DNA of 40,496 nt, from positions 1 to 40,496 of the forward strand of contig JAHFPO010000002.1 of the NCBI GenBank assembly GCA_023266695.1. Direction: 5' to 3'. The notes below the pieces were generated by a model, which saw only the letters and a program-made list of their open reading frames with translations, made no database searches and was not told where the DNA came from. Both the position numbers and the translations under genes were made by a program. The stretch comes from Hyphomicrobiales bacterium. Its GTDB lineage: Bacteria > Pseudomonadota > Alphaproteobacteria > Rhizobiales > Xanthobacteraceae. This document shows, one piece after another, positions 27,297 to 35,313 of the stretch; the first letter of the stretch is position 1, and each line of letters opens with the position of its first letter.

Positions 27297-27602
27297 ATGA
27301 TGGCCCGTTTTGATTACAAGAAGTCCGCCGAGCTGTTCCCGAGCCGGAGCCGCAAAGCGAACCGGCCGATGGGCTACCGCCGCTTCGACAGCGCCGCCGA
27401 AGCGGTGCGCTTCGCGATCGAGGAGCTGCCGCGCGAATTCCTGCTCGGCGCCTATATGGAAGTCGACGAGAAGCGGTTCAATCACGCCGACATCCGCAGG
27501 CTGTACGAGAACGCCGATTATCCGCTGCCGCGGCCGACCAACGGCGGCAAGGCGGCGGCGAAGACGGCCGCGCCCCAGGCAAAGGCGCCGGTTCCCGCGT
27601 GA
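27297..27602 (+). CDS. hypothetical protein (101 aa)
   Basis: AGGAAGGA SD. Sequence MMARFDYKKSAELFPSRSRKANRPMGYRRFDSAAEAVRFAIEELP...; coding-like composition with an Ala/Lys/Pro tail. No family recognised. Confidence 0.5.
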   Translation: MMARFDYKKSAELFPSRSRKANRPMGYRRFDSAAEAVRFAIEELPREFLLGAYMEVDEKRFNHADIRRLYENADYPLPRPTNGGKAAAKTAAPQAKAPVPA

Positions 27603-27662
27603 GCGCGTGATCCGGCCCGGCCGCCAGTCCGGCAGCGGATCAGTTTAAATCAATTCCACGCA

Positions 27663-27706
27663 TCATCCTGAGAAGGCTGCGGCAAGCCGGGCTCGTCCGA
27701 CTTGCC
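27663..27706. repeat. partial REP-like element / hairpin just 3' of the P460 gene
   Basis: It shares TCATCCTGAG with the 23847-23895 element. The hairpin is GGCAAG-N14-CTTGCC (27681-27706). Confidence 0.35.
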
Positions 27707-27713
27707 CCGCCCC

Positions 27714-28247
27714 TCACTTCGCGGCGCTCTTCATCTTGTCGTAGGTGAAGACGTAGTCCTCCTTGTCGAGCGGCTTGTGGCAATTGAAGCAGCCGGTGAG
27801 ATTGGCCTTCTCGTTCACCTTCTTCTCGGGGGTGAAGGATTGATATTCCCACTCGCCGTTCCGCACATTGTCCGGATATTCGGTGCCCCAGCCGGTGCGC
27901 TTCTCCATCACCCCGTAGCCGACGACGTTGGTCTTGATGAAGCGCCCGTTGGCGTCCTTCTCGGGATTGCCTTGGGCGTCGAGCTTGGCGGCATATTGCA
28001 CCAGCGTGATCACCGTGCCGCTCGGCAGCGGCTGGCCTTTCTTGGCCGCATCGAGCGCCGCGGCCGAGGTGTAGTATTCGCGATACTGCTTGTTGTCGGC
28101 GCGATCGAAGGTCGTATAGAGCTGGCCCTGGGCGTAGTTCTCCGGAAAGGCGATCTTGTCGCCGCCGGCGCGGACCTGAACCAAAAGCGCCGATGCGACG
28201 AGCGCGCCGATGGCGGCGGAAATCGCGACGGAATAATGGAATTTCAT
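27714..28247 (-). CDS. cytochrome P460 / cytochrome c'-beta family haem protein
   Basis: 177 aa with a GGGAGG SD and a signal peptide (MKFHYSVAISAAIGALVASALLV). It has a single C-terminal haem c site (CFNCH). The size and haem position fit the P460 fold. Confidence 0.75.
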   Translation of the reverse strand: MKFHYSVAISAAIGALVASALLVQVRAGGDKIAFPENYAQGQLYTTFDRADNKQYREYYTSAAALDAAKKGQPLPSGTVITLVQYAAKLDAQGNPEKDANGRFIKTNVVGYGVMEKRTGWGTEYPDNVRNGEWEYQSFTPEKKVNEKANLTGCFNCHKPLDKEDYVFTYDKMKSAAK

Positions 28248-28368
28248 GCTGTCCTCCCTGATGCGGCCGCCCGGGATGCCCCCGAGCGGGCCGGCGGCTT
28301 CGGCATATAAACAATGCCACGCCCCAGCTTATTCCTTCCCGGCCGCAAGGAAAGAAGACAATCCGGCT

Positions 28369-28413
28369 TCTAGAGCGGTTTCCGATCGAATTGAATCGAG
28401 AAACCGCTCTAGA
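28369..28413. repeat. 14-bp perfect inverted repeat
   Basis: TCTAGAGCGGTTTC (28369-28382), a 17-nt loop, then GAAACCGCTCTAGA (28400-28413). Confidence 0.7.
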
Positions 28414-28440
28414 TTCTTGTTTTATCGCATTTTCTGCTGT

Positions 28441-28604
28441 GTTCGCGCTGACGAAGTGGCCAGCGCGAACATGATTAAGTGAGCCGCACCGGACACTCGC
28501 CCTGCGGGCTCGTCGGTGCGGCGTTCGCGCTGACGAAGTGGCCAGCGCGAACATGATTAAGTGAGCCGCACCGGACACTCGCCCTGCGGGCTCGTCGGTG
28601 CGGC
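28441..28604. repeat. tandem duplication, 2 x 82 bp, each unit with two hairpins
   Basis: 28441-28522 and 28523-28604 appear identical on reading. Each unit holds GTTCGCGCTG-N10-CAGCGCGAAC and GCCGCACCG-N22-CGGTGCGGC. Confidence 0.85.
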
Positions 28605-28641
28605 GAACCGGTATCCACTTCGCCGGAAAATGCTCTAATCC
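28601..28641. repeat. REP-like element of the type that translates as ..HFPAKWIPVRR..
   Basis: The reverse complement GGATTAGAGCATTTTCCGGCGAAGTGGATACCGGTTCGCCG resembles an intergenic repeat I recall from other Rhizobiales genomes. From memory, not verified. Confidence 0.35.
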
Positions 28642-28690
28642 AGCCTCGCCACCAGCCGCGCTGCCGCCGCGACGTGCAGTCCACGCATCA

Positions 28691-31129
28691 TCATCGGCTC
28701 TTGCTCTTGAACGTCCTGGTCCCCGCCTTGCCGCCGCGCGAGGAAGGGGCGCGTTCGGTGCGCCGCAATTGCCCCTCACCCTCCGCGCCGCTGCGCGCCG
28801 CTCCTCCCTCTCCCCGCAGGCGGGGAGAGGGTTGGGGTGAGGGGCTTTTCGCGCTCGGATCGTCGAGCACCGCCATTTCGATGCCGCGCAGGCGCTTGAT
28901 CTCGTCGCGCAGGCGCGCCGCCTCCTCGAATTCGAGATTGCCGGCGGCCTCCTTCATGCGCTCCTCCATATCGGCGATCACGGCTTCGAAATTATGGCCG
29001 ATGGCGATCGCCTCCTCGAAGCCGGTGTCCACCATCACATGGTCGCGCTCGTACATGCTCGACATCACGTCGGCGATCGAGCGCTGGATGGTCTCGGGCG
29101 TAATCCCGTTCGCCGCGTTCCAGGCCGCCTGCTTGGTGCGGCGGCGGTCGGTCTCAGCGATGGCGCGCTCGATCGAGCCGGTGCGGGTGTCGGCATAGAG
29201 GATCACGCGGCCGTCCACATTGCGCGCGGCGCGGCCGATGGTCTGGATGAGCGAGGTCTCCGAACGGAGAAATCCCTCCTTGTCGGCGTCGAGGATCGCG
29301 ACCAGCGCGCATTCGGGAATGTCGAGGCCCTCGCGTAGGAGATTGATTCCCACCAGCACGTCGAAGGCCCCCAGGCGGAGATCGCGAATAATCTCGATGC
29401 GCTCGATGGTGTCGATGTCGGAATGCATGTAGCGTACGCGCACGCCCTGCTCGTGCAGATATTCGGTGAGGTCCTCGGCCATGCGCTTGGTGAGGACGGT
29501 GACCAGCGTCCGGTAGCCGTGCTGCGCGACCGCGCGCACCTCGCCCAATAGGTCGTCGACCTGGGTGCGCGCCGGCCGCACGATCACCTCGGGATCGACC
29601 AGGCCGGTGGGCCGGATCACCTGCTCGGCGAAGACGCCGTGGGTCTCGGCGAGCTCCCACGGGCCCGGCGTCGCCGACACCGCCACGGTCTGCGGCCGCA
29701 TCAAGTCCCATTCCTCGAAGCGGAGCGGCCGATTGTCCATGCACGAGGGCAGGCGAAAGCCGTATTCGGCGAGCGTCGCCTTCCTCCGGAAGTCGCCGCG
29801 GAACATGCCGCCCAATTGCGGGATGGTGACGTGGCTCTCGTCCACGAACACCAGCGCATTGTCGGGAAGATATTCGAACAGCGTCGGCGGCGGCTCGCCC
29901 GGCTTGCGGCCGGTCAAGTAGCGCGAATAGTTCTCGATGCCGGCGCACGAGCCGGTGGCGGCCATCATTTCGAGATCGAACAGCGTGCGCTGCTCCAGGC
30001 GCTGCGCCTCCAACAGGCGGCCGGCGCGGTTCAACTGGTCGAGGCGCTGCTTCAGTTCGGTTTTGATGCCGGTGATCGCCTGGGCGAGCGTCGGCTTCGG
30101 CGTCACGTAGTGCGAATTGGCGTAGATCTTGACGAGCTCGAGGTCGGCCGATTTGGCGCCGGTGAGCGGGTCGAATTCCTGGATCGACTCGATCTCGTCG
30201 CCGAACAGCGAAATCCGCCAGGCGCGGTCCTCGTAGTGGGCCGGGTAGAGCTCGATCACGTCGCCGCGCACGCGGAAGCTGCCGCGGTAGAAATCCATGT
30301 CGGTGCGCCGGTACATGAGCGCGACGAGGTCGGCGATGAGCGCGCGCTGGCTGACGCGGTCGCCGCGCTTGAGTGCGAAGGTCATGGCGCTATAGGTCTC
30401 GACCGAGCCGATGCCGTAGATGCAGGAAACCGAGGCGACGATGATGACGTCGTCGCGCTCCAAGAGCGCGCGCGTCGCGGCATGGCGCATGCGGTCGATC
30501 TGCTCGTTGATGGAGGATTCTTTCTCGATATAGGTGTCGGTGCGCGGGACATAGGCCTCGGGCTGGTAATAATCGTAATAGCTCACGAAATATTCGACCG
30601 CGTTGTCCGGAAAGAAACTCTTGAACTCGCCATAGAGCTGGGCGGCGAGGGTCTTGTTGGGCGCGAGCACCAAGGCCGGGCGCTCCACGCGCGCGATCAC
30701 CTGCGCCATGGTGAAGGTCTTGCCCGAGCCGGTGACGCCCAAGAGCACCTGCATGCGCTCGGCGGCGTTGGCGCCCTTCACCAGCTCCGCGATCGCCTGC
30801 GGCTGGTCGCCCTTGGGCTCGAACGGAGAGACCAGATTGAATTTCCTGCCGCCCTCCAGTTTTTCCGGCCGCTCGGGCCGGTGCGGCACCCACACCTGAT
30901 GGCGGAACTCGGGCCGGCCTTCGGCGAGGAGCGCGTTGAGCGCTTCGGCCGAGGCGGTAGCGCCGAGGGAGGGGACGAGATCGGTTTCGTCGCCGGCGAG
31001 GCCGAGCTCGACGGCGAGCTTGGGGTCGAGGCCGGTGACCGGCGCCGGCTCGAAGGCGCGCTGGCCCCGCTCGGCCATGCCGTGGTGGGTGCCGCGGGCG
31101 GTGCGATAGGGCTTCAGGGGCTTCGGCAT
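28691..31129 (-). CDS. uvrB: excinuclease ABC subunit B
   Basis: 812 aa. It has Walker A ([12 protein letters not shown]), DESH (FVDESHVT), helicase motifs, and a UVR domain ([16 protein letters not shown]). The N- and C-terminal extensions are long, as in alphaproteobacteria. Confidence 0.95.
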   Translation of the reverse strand: MPKPLKPYRTARGTHHGMAERGQRAFEPAPVTGLDPKLAVELGLAGDETDLVPSLGATASAEALNALLAEGRPEFRHQVWVPHRPERPEKLEGGRKFNLVSPFEPKGDQPQAIAELVKGANAAERMQVLLGVTGSGKTFTMAQVIARVERPALVLAPNKTLAAQLYGEFKSFFPDNAVEYFVSYYDYYQPEAYVPRTDTYIEKESSINEQIDRMRHAATRALLERDDVIIVASVSCIYGIGSVETYSAMTFALKRGDRVSQRALIADLVALMYRRTDMDFYRGSFRVRGDVIELYPAHYEDRAWRISLFGDEIESIQEFDPLTGAKSADLELVKIYANSHYVTPKPTLAQAITGIKTELKQRLDQLNRAGRLLEAQRLEQRTLFDLEMMAATGSCAGIENYSRYLTGRKPGEPPPTLFEYLPDNALVFVDESHVTIPQLGGMFRGDFRRKATLAEYGFRLPSCMDNRPLRFEEWDLMRPQTVAVSATPGPWELAETHGVFAEQVIRPTGLVDPEVIVRPARTQVDDLLGEVRAVAQHGYRTLVTVLTKRMAEDLTEYLHEQGVRVRYMHSDIDTIERIEIIRDLRLGAFDVLVGINLLREGLDIPECALVAILDADKEGFLRSETSLIQTIGRAARNVDGRVILYADTRTGSIERAIAETDRRRTKQAAWNAANGITPETIQRSIADVMSSMYERDHVMVDTGFEEAIAIGHNFEAVIADMEERMKEAAGNLEFEEAARLRDEIKRLRGIEMAVLDDPSAKSPSPQPSPRLRGEGGAARSGAEGEGQLRRTERAPSSRGGKAGTRTFKSKSR
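28771..28845. repeat. nested palindromic REP-like element inside the uvrB 3' coding tail
   Basis: Outer arms are GCCCCTCACCC (28771-28781) / GGGTGAGGGGC (28835-28845). The inner hairpin is CCTCTCCCC-GCAGGC-GGGGAGAGG (28807-28830). Confidence 0.7.
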
Positions 31130-31173
31130 CGGCCCAATATGGGGTGAGTCCGGCCGCGTTGGAAGCCGTCGCC

Positions 31174-32109
31174 TCAGTGCAGCAAAGTGATGGCGCAGGA
31201 TTCCTTCAACTGGGTCTGCGTGCGCGCCGGCAAAGCCGGGAAGAATTTCAGCCCGGTCAGGGATTCGATCGAATTCACGCCGACGCGAAATTGCTTGACG
31301 TATTCAAGAAAGCTCTGCTTGCCGCGCAGCGTGCGGTGATCGATGTTCGGCATCAGGAACGCGTTCACCCGGCCCATGCCCGGATCGTAGATGATCTTGT
31401 ACAGCGCCGCCGGGATATGCACGCCGTCGGTGCAGGACGCCGAAGGATTTTCGTTGCTTTGCGGGCACATTTCCTTGCGTGGAAGCGGGTTCAACACGAT
31501 CTCATTCCGGCAGGCGTCGGCCTCGCGCTTGATACGAACCGCGCGCGATTCCTGTTCCACCGGCCCGGTGATCACGTAAAGCTCGGGCCGGCTCTCGGCG
31601 AGCTTCTGCACCAGCGATTCCAGTCCGCGCCAGCTGTCTTGATTGAAGCCCTTGCCTACCTGCGGAACCGCATTGGTGAAGAAGAAAGTGTCGAACAGGA
31701 TTTGTTGGGAGCTCTTGAAATCGGCGGCGGCGGCCTGGTGGCCCTGGTCGAACCCACTTTTTTTGTAGTCAGAGCCGCGCGCTTGCGTTTCATCCGGTGC
31801 GGCCGGATCCGCCTTGAAGTTCGCGCCTTTGCGCCCGAACGGACCCTGCAACAGTTCGGGGGTGAGCCGTTCCATCACCCATTCGGGAATCCGGGTGCGA
31901 GCGTTTTGCGCGGTGATATAGCCGAGATGACAAATGATCTTGATGTCGTCGGCGGTGGCGTCGTCGTCCGTCTTCTCGGGCAGGCCGATATCGGCCCGGA
32001 TTTTCCGGCACTCCGCCGTGTCATTCGCCGGCTGGTCTTGGGCGCGGACGCCCGCGCCGGGCGCCATGCCCGCGAGCAGCAGGACGAGAATTGCGGTGGC
32101 GCGCAGCAT
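31174..32109 (-). CDS. exported DNA/RNA non-specific endonuclease (Serratia NucA / Endonuclease_NS family)
   Basis: Internal ATG 32109 of ORF 31174..32352 behind a GGAGG SD. It has a signal peptide ([23 protein letters not shown]). [11 protein letters not shown] is a DRGH-type motif, and [16 protein letters not shown] parallels Serratia NITPQKSDLNQGAW. Confidence 0.85.
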   Translation of the reverse strand: MLRATAILVLLLAGMAPGAGVRAQDQPANDTAECRKIRADIGLPEKTDDDATADDIKIICHLGYITAQNARTRIPEWVMERLTPELLQGPFGRKGANFKADPAAPDETQARGSDYKKSGFDQGHQAAAADFKSSQQILFDTFFFTNAVPQVGKGFNQDSWRGLESLVQKLAESRPELYVITGPVEQESRAVRIKREADACRNEIVLNPLPRKEMCPQSNENPSASCTDGVHIPAALYKIIYDPGMGRVNAFLMPNIDHRTLRGKQSFLEYVKQFRVGVNSIESLTGLKFFPALPARTQTQLKESCAITLLH

Positions 32110-32132
32110 AACTTGGCCTCCTTCAGCCGGAA

Positions 32133-32507
32133 TCAGGAACGGCCTGACCGGCGAACGTTTTTTGTTCCGTTGCTGCCGGATGCATTGATCCCCTTCGAGA
32201 CCAGATAACTGCCGCCGCTGATGCCGAGGAGCCCGAGCACATTCGTCGGAATGTCGACGAAAGTGCCGGCTTCGATCGACAACAGGAGATAGAGCCCGGC
32301 GATCACGAAGGTAAAGACCAGGAACTGAAAGCGCGACAGGCTCGCCTTGCACGGCGCGTTCGGCCGGCCGGTCGACGGCGTCTCGCAGAGCAGGTCGTTG
32401 AGACTGATGCTGCCCCGGAAGATCTTCCAGAGCACGAGAAACGCGAACAGGAGCAGGATCGCGCTCAAAATGAAAAAACTGTAGAGCGCGATATTGGAAG
32501 TGGTCAT
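32133..32507 (-). CDS. small 3-TM membrane protein, paralogue B
   Basis: ATG 32507 lies 6 nt after GGAGG (the track starts at GTG 32510). 124 aa with three hydrophobic segments. It shares KIFRGSI, a central TM, and DIPTNVLGLLGISGGSYLVSKG with the upstream gene. Confidence 0.6.
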   Translation of the reverse strand: MTTSNIALYSFFILSAILLLFAFLVLWKIFRGSISLNDLLCETPSTGRPNAPCKASLSRFQFLVFTFVIAGLYLLLSIEAGTFVDIPTNVLGLLGISGGSYLVSKGINASGSNGTKNVRRSGRS

Positions 32508-32523
32508 CACGAACCTCCCGCAG

Positions 32524-32865
32524 TTAACGCCGGACGAGCTTGCCGGCGAGATAGAGACCGTTGCCGCCCATGAGCAGGGTCAGCAGAAATTCCGGCACGT
32601 CGGGCATGACCGGCCGGCCGGTGGGGCCGATCACGCTCATGTCGGCGTGCAGCGCGGTGAAGGCGTACATGCCGAGGACCATCGGGAAGGCGACCATCGC
32701 CGCCACGCGCTCGGGCTCGACGGGAGCCTCGCCTGCTTGCAGGCGGCCGGAGAGAAAACCGGCGGCTCCGATGTCGCCGCGCAAAATGCGGACGGCGACC
32801 ACGATCACCAGCAATCCGAACCAGGCGATGAGCCCGTTGGCGAGAAAACCGGAAAGAATCTTCAT
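32524..32865 (-). CDS. small 3-TM membrane protein, paralogue A
   Basis: 113 aa with a GAGGGGG SD. RILRGDI and DVPEFLLTLLMGGNGLYLAGKL align with paralogue B. A 16-nt gap separates it from the next gene. Confidence 0.6.
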   Translation of the reverse strand: MKILSGFLANGLIAWFGLLVIVVAVRILRGDIGAAGFLSGRLQAGEAPVEPERVAAMVAFPMVLGMYAFTALHADMSVIGPTGRPVMPDVPEFLLTLLMGGNGLYLAGKLVRR

Positions 32866-32957
32866 CCTGCGGCCCCCTCGGCTTAGGGAGCGGCAGACTA
32901 GGCCACATCCTTAAAGTTGTAAAATCGCCAATCAACGATTAAAGGGGGAGCGCCTGT

Positions 32958-33851
32958 TCACTCGATCGGCGCCTTCGGTATTCGCGCTTCGCCCGGCTCC
33001 ATCACGAAGGTCTTGTCGAGCGAATACCACTCGCTCGCGACGCCGGGCGCCGGTGCCGGGCCGTTGTCGTGGCGCACGTAATTGCCGATGAGCGCGCGCG
33101 TCACGCCGAACTGGGCGTCGGACTCAAGCCGCGGATCGTCGTTCACATAGACCTGCGAGATCAGGGTCTTGAAGCCCGGCTTGTAGAACAGGAAATGCAG
33201 GTGCGCGGGCCGGAAATTGTGCCGGCCCTGGGCGCGCAACAATTCGCCCACCGGGCCCTGGTTGGGGATCGGATAGCCGGCGGGCTTCACGCTGCGGAAG
33301 CCGAAATGGCCCTTGGCGTCGGTCGTGAACTTGCCGCGCAGGTTCATATCGGCCTGCTTTTCGTCCTGGTTCTCGTAGAAGCCCTCGGGCGAGGAATGCC
33401 AGACGTCGATCTCGGCGCCCACGATCGGCTTGCCGTTGCCGTCGCGCACCGTGACGTCGACGAACAGCGCCGGCCCCGGCGTCGGCGAACGCACGATCGA
33501 AGCGCCGCTTTCGGTGCGCGGCGAGTTCATGCGCCAGAACGGCCCCAGCATGTTCGCCGCCGTCTCGCTCTCACCCATGTTGCCGTTGTTGAGGAGGCAG
33601 ATGAGCGTCGAGAAGCCGAGCGAGCCCGCCATCACCACCGCCTCGTTGTGGCGCTCGTTGGAATGCTGGCCGAGCGCGACGATATAGGCGCAGGCGCGCT
33701 CGAATTCATCCTCGCTCAGCTTCACCTCACGCGCGAAGTCGTGGAGATGGCGCACGAACGCCGACATGATCTCGCGCAAGCGCGGATCGGGCGCGCGGCT
33801 CAATTCCGCCAGCACCGCGGTCGTCACCATCTGCTGGTTCTCGATGATCAT
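32958..33851 (-). CDS. intradiol ring-cleavage dioxygenase (hydroxyquinol/catechol 1,2-dioxygenase family)
   Basis: Internal ATG 33851 of ORF 32958..33941 (MIIENQQMVTTAVL), 297 aa. It has an N-terminal dioxygenase_N helix region, DVWHSSPEGFYENQ, and RPAHLHF. Confidence 0.85.
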   Translation of the reverse strand: MIIENQQMVTTAVLAELSRAPDPRLREIMSAFVRHLHDFAREVKLSEDEFERACAYIVALGQHSNERHNEAVVMAGSLGFSTLICLLNNGNMGESETAANMLGPFWRMNSPRTESGASIVRSPTPGPALFVDVTVRDGNGKPIVGAEIDVWHSSPEGFYENQDEKQADMNLRGKFTTDAKGHFGFRSVKPAGYPIPNQGPVGELLRAQGRHNFRPAHLHFLFYKPGFKTLISQVYVNDDPRLESDAQFGVTRALIGNYVRHDNGPAPAPGVASEWYSLDKTFVMEPGEARIPKAPIE

Positions 33852-33983
33852 GGCTGTCTCCTTGCTCACGTCGGCACGCGATGCGCGAGGGAAGGGCGCT
33901 TGCGCTTCCCTTTCAGCGAGGTCCGTGGTGACCACGAACATCGCCTGATGGCCGCCGTAGCGGAAAATCTAGACGCTGCCGGT

Positions 33984-34208
33984 TCATTCGGTCTTGCGGG
34001 TGGAAAGAGGCGGCGATGCAGGCTGGACCGGAGCCTGGGTAGCCGGTGGCGTTGCGGGCGGTGCCGGCTGGGCCGCCGGTGGCGGGGCCGCGGGCGCGGC
34101 TGGTTGCGCCGGCGCCGTCGGCGGGTCCGCATACTGCGACCAGGCCGATCCGGCGATCGCAGCAGCGATCAACGCGGCGGCAAGCGAAGCAAGCTGTTTC
34201 TGTGACAT
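33984..34208 (-). CDS. small exported Pro/Ala-rich protein
   Basis: Internal ATG 34208 behind a GGAGGAA SD. It has a signal peptide (MSQKQLASLAAALIAAAIAGSAWS), then a PAxP-type low-complexity region. GC-rich shadow cannot be excluded. Confidence 0.4.
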   Translation of the reverse strand: MSQKQLASLAAALIAAAIAGSAWSQYADPPTAPAQPAAPAAPPPAAQPAPPATPPATQAPVQPASPPLSTRKTE

Positions 34209-34355
34209 GGCGGTTCCTCCCAAGGAGAAATACCCTACAACGATATTTTTATTCCGGCGTAGATTTCTATTCGGCAACTCGCGGGTTCACGACGGCTTGG
34301 CCGTGCTCTTCGACCCTGAGTTCGGGGACGAGCGCGGTCCGTGTAAAATCCCCCA

Positions 34356-35156
34356 TCAATAATCGGACTGGGAGAACCCGGCGATCTTCCAGTCGTCGTT
34401 CGCGGACTTGGCGTAGCACAGACGGTCGATCAGGAGCGGGCGCACCTTATCCACCGGCACCCAGCCGGTCTTGCCCGACGGCAGCAACAACTCGACATGA
34501 GACACCGGCTTCGGCTGGGCGGGCGGCTTGACGGCCGCCGGATTAGGGTAGAGCGAGACCACCGGCATGGCGGTCTTGGCAAACTTGCCGGCCGACGAAC
34601 CGCCGGTGGGCGTTCCGGTGAGCGTGACCTCGTCGACGAAATAGATCCAGTCGGTCGGATCGTCATCCTCGTCCACCTTTTCCATGGCCTGTTCGAAGGC
34701 CGCCCGATCGACCAATTTGGCCGTAACCGGTCCGCACACCAGGGGCGAACCCGGCTCCTGCGCCAAGCTCGGGTCGGCGGCGAAGGCGGCGAGCAGCTCC
34801 CACTGCGGACCGATCTCGGTCTCGCCGTCGGCGCTCTTGCCGGCTTCGCGGAATCCGAAGGCGACCTTGAAATTGTGGAGGGCGTCGAGCTTGCCGTCGA
34901 ATTCCTCGGACGGCTCGCCGCCCGCGGTCCAGGTGAAATTCGGCGCGACCAGGGCCACGAGCCCGGCGAGGTCCTTCTTGTCGACCGCCGCGGCGAACGC
35001 CTTGCGCATGGCTTCGAAGGCCGCATCGCCCTCGAAGGGGGCGGGAACCTCGACCTTGATCGCGCTATAGGGGGCTTTCTTCAGCGCCACCGCCGGCGCG
35101 GGCGCGAGCAGAACGGCGAGGGCGAGGATGCTCGGGATCAGAATGGCGTGGCGCAT
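34356..35156 (-). CDS. hypothetical exported protein
   Basis: 266 aa with a signal peptide (MRHAILIPSILALAVLLAPAPAVA). Composition is balanced and coding-like. No family recognised. Confidence 0.6.
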   Translation of the reverse strand: MRHAILIPSILALAVLLAPAPAVALKKAPYSAIKVEVPAPFEGDAAFEAMRKAFAAAVDKKDLAGLVALVAPNFTWTAGGEPSEEFDGKLDALHNFKVAFGFREAGKSADGETEIGPQWELLAAFAADPSLAQEPGSPLVCGPVTAKLVDRAAFEQAMEKVDEDDDPTDWIYFVDEVTLTGTPTGGSSAGKFAKTAMPVVSLYPNPAAVKPPAQPKPVSHVELLLPSGKTGWVPVDKVRPLLIDRLCYAKSANDDWKIAGFSQSDY

Positions 35157-35313
35157 CGGAGTCTCTCCGGGATCGAAGGGTCACGAGCCTAGCGCAGGAT
35201 TGCGACCGCTGCACGGCGGAGGCGCAATTTCCAGGAGTGCCGACGGCACGCGCGCCGCAATCCCGCCGCGAACGTCGGGCTCGCTCTCCGGGTATCGAGG
35301 GGAGAAATCCACG

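Noticed and set aside
26581-27300. EcfG/general-stress promoters (GGAAC-N16-17-CGTT) upstream of the CsbD-like gene and its neighbours.
   Set aside because: Only partial GAAC or CGT fragments occur, with wrong spacing (for example a 24-nt gap at 26634-26667). There is no convincing match.
28441-28604. Possible CRISPR array.
   Set aside because: There are only two directly abutting 82-bp copies with no spacers. The unit is far longer than CRISPR repeats and no cas genes are in the window.
27640-28779. 379-aa minus-strand ORF spanning the P460 gene and the repeat cluster.
   Set aside because: It is out of frame with the well-supported P460 ORF. It also translates straight through the tandem 82-bp repeats, giving the duplicated peptide SVRCGSLNHVRAGHFVSAN, and through other REP elements.
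29639-31147. 502-aa plus-strand ORF opposite uvrB.
   Set aside because: It is the antisense shadow of an unambiguous uvrB. Its composition is low-complexity (R/G/A/E/L).
13539-32425. Test for avoidance of AGATCT, the BglII site, as a clue to R-M specificity.
   Set aside because: I found at least five AGATCT sites by eye: 13539, 19129, 22699, 30124 and 32420. From rough base frequencies about four are expected. There is therefore no avoidance signal and no inference about specificity either way.
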